In this document: piece by piece, positions 62,298 through 64,000 of the stretch
Layout: each line of letters starts with the position of its first letter
How positions within the stretch are numbered: position 1 is the stretch's first letter
The notes under the pieces: model-generated
Database searches by the model: none
Told to the model about the DNA's origin: nothing
The model's input: the letters and a program-made list of their open reading frames with translations, nothing else
Position numbers and translations under genes: made by a program
Assembly: GCA_963422365.1 (NCBI GenBank)
Contig: OY729426.1
Location: 1,344,001 to 1,408,000 of the forward strand
Length of the DNA stretch: 64,000 nucleotides
Reading direction: 5' to 3'
Source of the DNA: Nitrospirales bacterium
GTDB taxonomy: Bacteria > Nitrospirota > Nitrospiria > Nitrospirales > UBA8639

Positions 62298-63647
62298 ATG
62301 GAAATTGGATTGCGCGACCTGCGGCCCTCCTATGATCTGATCGTCATAGGCTCAGGTCCGGCCGGATTGACTCTGGCGTACAAATACGAAGAGCGCACCG
62401 GCAATAGCGTTCTGATTCTGGAAAGCGGCGGTCGCTCGGAAACCGGCAGCGACAATGCACGAAAATTATCCCTGGTGGATGCGACTGGCGATTTGCCCGC
62501 AACCAGCTACGCTTTTCACAATCAGCGGGTCTTCGGCGGCACCTCCATCGTTTGGAATGGCTGGTGTCAGGTTCTGGAAAAACGCGCCTTCCTGAATGAC
62601 GAATGGCCTTTTCCCTATGACGATCTCTATGCGTATTATCCGCAAGCCGCCGACATCCTGGATGTGCCGGAGGCAGTCCACAGAAATCCGGAAACACCCT
62701 TCCCCGACAATGCCAATGTCGTCTACAGGCCATACTATTTCAGCCCGCCGACGCGCTTTAACGTTGCGTTCGACGAATGGGTAAGCAGCAACGCGAATGT
62801 TGACGTACTATTCAATCATTCGGTAACGAGAATCAACATCAGGGGGGACGCTGCCTCAAGTGTTGCCATTCTGGAATCATCCGAAAACCGATCGACTTCG
62901 GCAGAGGCGTTCGGAAATAAAATTGCGCTCGCGGCCGGCGGCGTCCAGAATGCTCGCTTGCTGCAACTTTCCCTGCCCAGGGACAATACACTCCCTGTTG
63001 GGCAGTACTTTTGCGAGCATCCGCATCTGTATGAATACGTTGACTTGGTGCTGGATGAACTGAAGCTCCAACAGGTGAAGGACAAATACACGCCAAAGAT
63101 CGTTCACGCCATTGCATTGTCGTCCGAGTTCTGCAACGAACATTCTTTGGCGTCCGCGACTTTCCAGGTACGCCATACTGAAAGTACCACGCACAATATT
63201 CTCGGCCGCAGCAGGCGTACTATTGCCGGGCGTACACATGTTCGGGCCGAAATGGCGTCGCTTGGGCAAAACCGAATCACGCTGTCCGATAGTCGTCGGG
63301 ACTTCCTGAACCAACCCGTCGCCCATGTCGGGTTGAAGTTCAATCCCCGGGAGATACGCGCTGCCTGCGACCATCTCAACGCGGAGCTGGTGCGTTCCGG
63401 ACTTGGCCGAATGGGTATTCGGCCTGAGAAATTCAACATCGCAGGAGGAGGACACATGATGGGATCGACACGAATGGGCGACGATCCGGGCAATTCGGTC
63501 ACCGACGCCCAGGGCCGCGTACATGGAATGGAGAATCTGTATGTTGCGGGGTCTTCGTTGTTCCCGTCGGCGGCAGCGGCCAACCCGACGCTTACCATTG
63601 TAGCCCTGTCTCTGCGCCTGGCTGACTACCTGAGCAGGAGACAATAA
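62298..63647 (+). CDS. GMC-family FAD oxidoreductase
   Basis: IGSGPAG, LESG, GGTS..WNG, AAGGVQNARLL, EHP, HMMGSTRMG, NPTLTIVAL. Confidence 0.9.
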   Translation: MEIGLRDLRPSYDLIVIGSGPAGLTLAYKYEERTGNSVLILESGGRSETGSDNARKLSLVDATGDLPATSYAFHNQRVFGGTSIVWNGWCQVLEKRAFLNDEWPFPYDDLYAYYPQAADILDVPEAVHRNPETPFPDNANVVYRPYYFSPPTRFNVAFDEWVSSNANVDVLFNHSVTRINIRGDAASSVAILESSENRSTSAEAFGNKIALAAGGVQNARLLQLSLPRDNTLPVGQYFCEHPHLYEYVDLVLDELKLQQVKDKYTPKIVHAIALSSEFCNEHSLASATFQVRHTESTTHNILGRSRRTIAGRTHVRAEMASLGQNRITLSDSRRDFLNQPVAHVGLKFNPREIRAACDHLNAELVRSGLGRMGIRPEKFNIAGGGHMMGSTRMGDDPGNSVTDAQGRVHGMENLYVAGSSLFPSAAAANPTLTIVALSLRLADYLSRRQ

Positions 63648-63648
63648 C

Positions 63649-64000
63649 ATGCAACGGCGCGGTTTTCTCTTGAGTATCGGCCTCTTAGTCGCGGCATTGA
63701 TTGGCGGCGGCAGATGGTTATTCGGCAACCGCTTCCATTGTCGAACCGACATTTCGTATGCGGAATTTCCGCAACACCTACAAGCTCTCTCGAATCAGAA
63801 TTTCGCCAGCGCATTTTCCAATCTGTCAACGGACGAGATCATCAAGGAATTGTGCGACAGAGACATCTACGACGCCGATGGGTTCCATATCCAACGAGTC
63901 CGCGATAACGCGGTTGACGAACCTCTGAGAGAATTTGCCAAATTCTCCTACACCGAATCCGAGCTTCTGCTGTATGCCATGGTCGCGCGTCTGCATGCGC
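63649..64000 (+). CDS. Small Tat-signal-like protein, probable partner of the GMC enzyme (runs off window)
   Basis: Open frame from ATG 63649 (MQRRGFLLSIGLLVAALIGGG...YTESELLLYAM) with AGGAG RBS. Absent from the ORF track because it is incomplete. Confidence 0.6.
   Translation, partial: MQRRGFLLSIGLLVAALIGGGRWLFGNRFHCRTDISYAEFPQHLQALSNQNFASAFSNLSTDEIIKELCDRDIYDADGFHIQRVRDNAVDEPLREFAKFSYTESELLLYAMVARLHA

Overview
The window reads as a bacterial chromosome segment, most likely a Nitrospira/Nitrospirota nitrifier (inferred from the cyanase plus cyanate-ABC operon and gene context, not proven). An intact housekeeping backbone (ino1, mutY-mutT, metH, cynABD-cynS, tRNA-Leu(CAG), rplI-glyA-nrdR, addBA, lgt, apbC) is interrupted by decaying accessory islands. 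The most notable hidden element is at 37.9-40.3 kb on the minus strand: a fragmented three-gene operon of a prokaryotic Argonaute (L2-MID plus extreme C-terminus, PIWI core deleted, N-terminus lost at an IS), a ~120-aa helical protein and an M48-like HEXXH metallopeptidase. This is a candidate protease-coupled Argonaute defence system that I do not recognise as described. Other highlights: (1) a GC-rich island from 52.8 kb to the window end with a mycobacterial-type polyprenyl-phospho-arabinose pathway (UbiA, DprE1, truncated DprE2), three GT-C-like transferases sharing an unnamed ~105-aa C-terminal domain, and homopolymer tracts suggestive of phase variation; (2) a sigma54 + enhancer + ANTAR-attenuator leader on the cyanate operon; (3) a RAPP-motif leader peptide; (4) a probable orphan IS110/IS1111 non-coding end; (5) a kinase-NUDIX fusion; (6) a collapsed restriction-modification island at tRNA-Leu. 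All family assignments come from motif recognition by eye; no searches were run.
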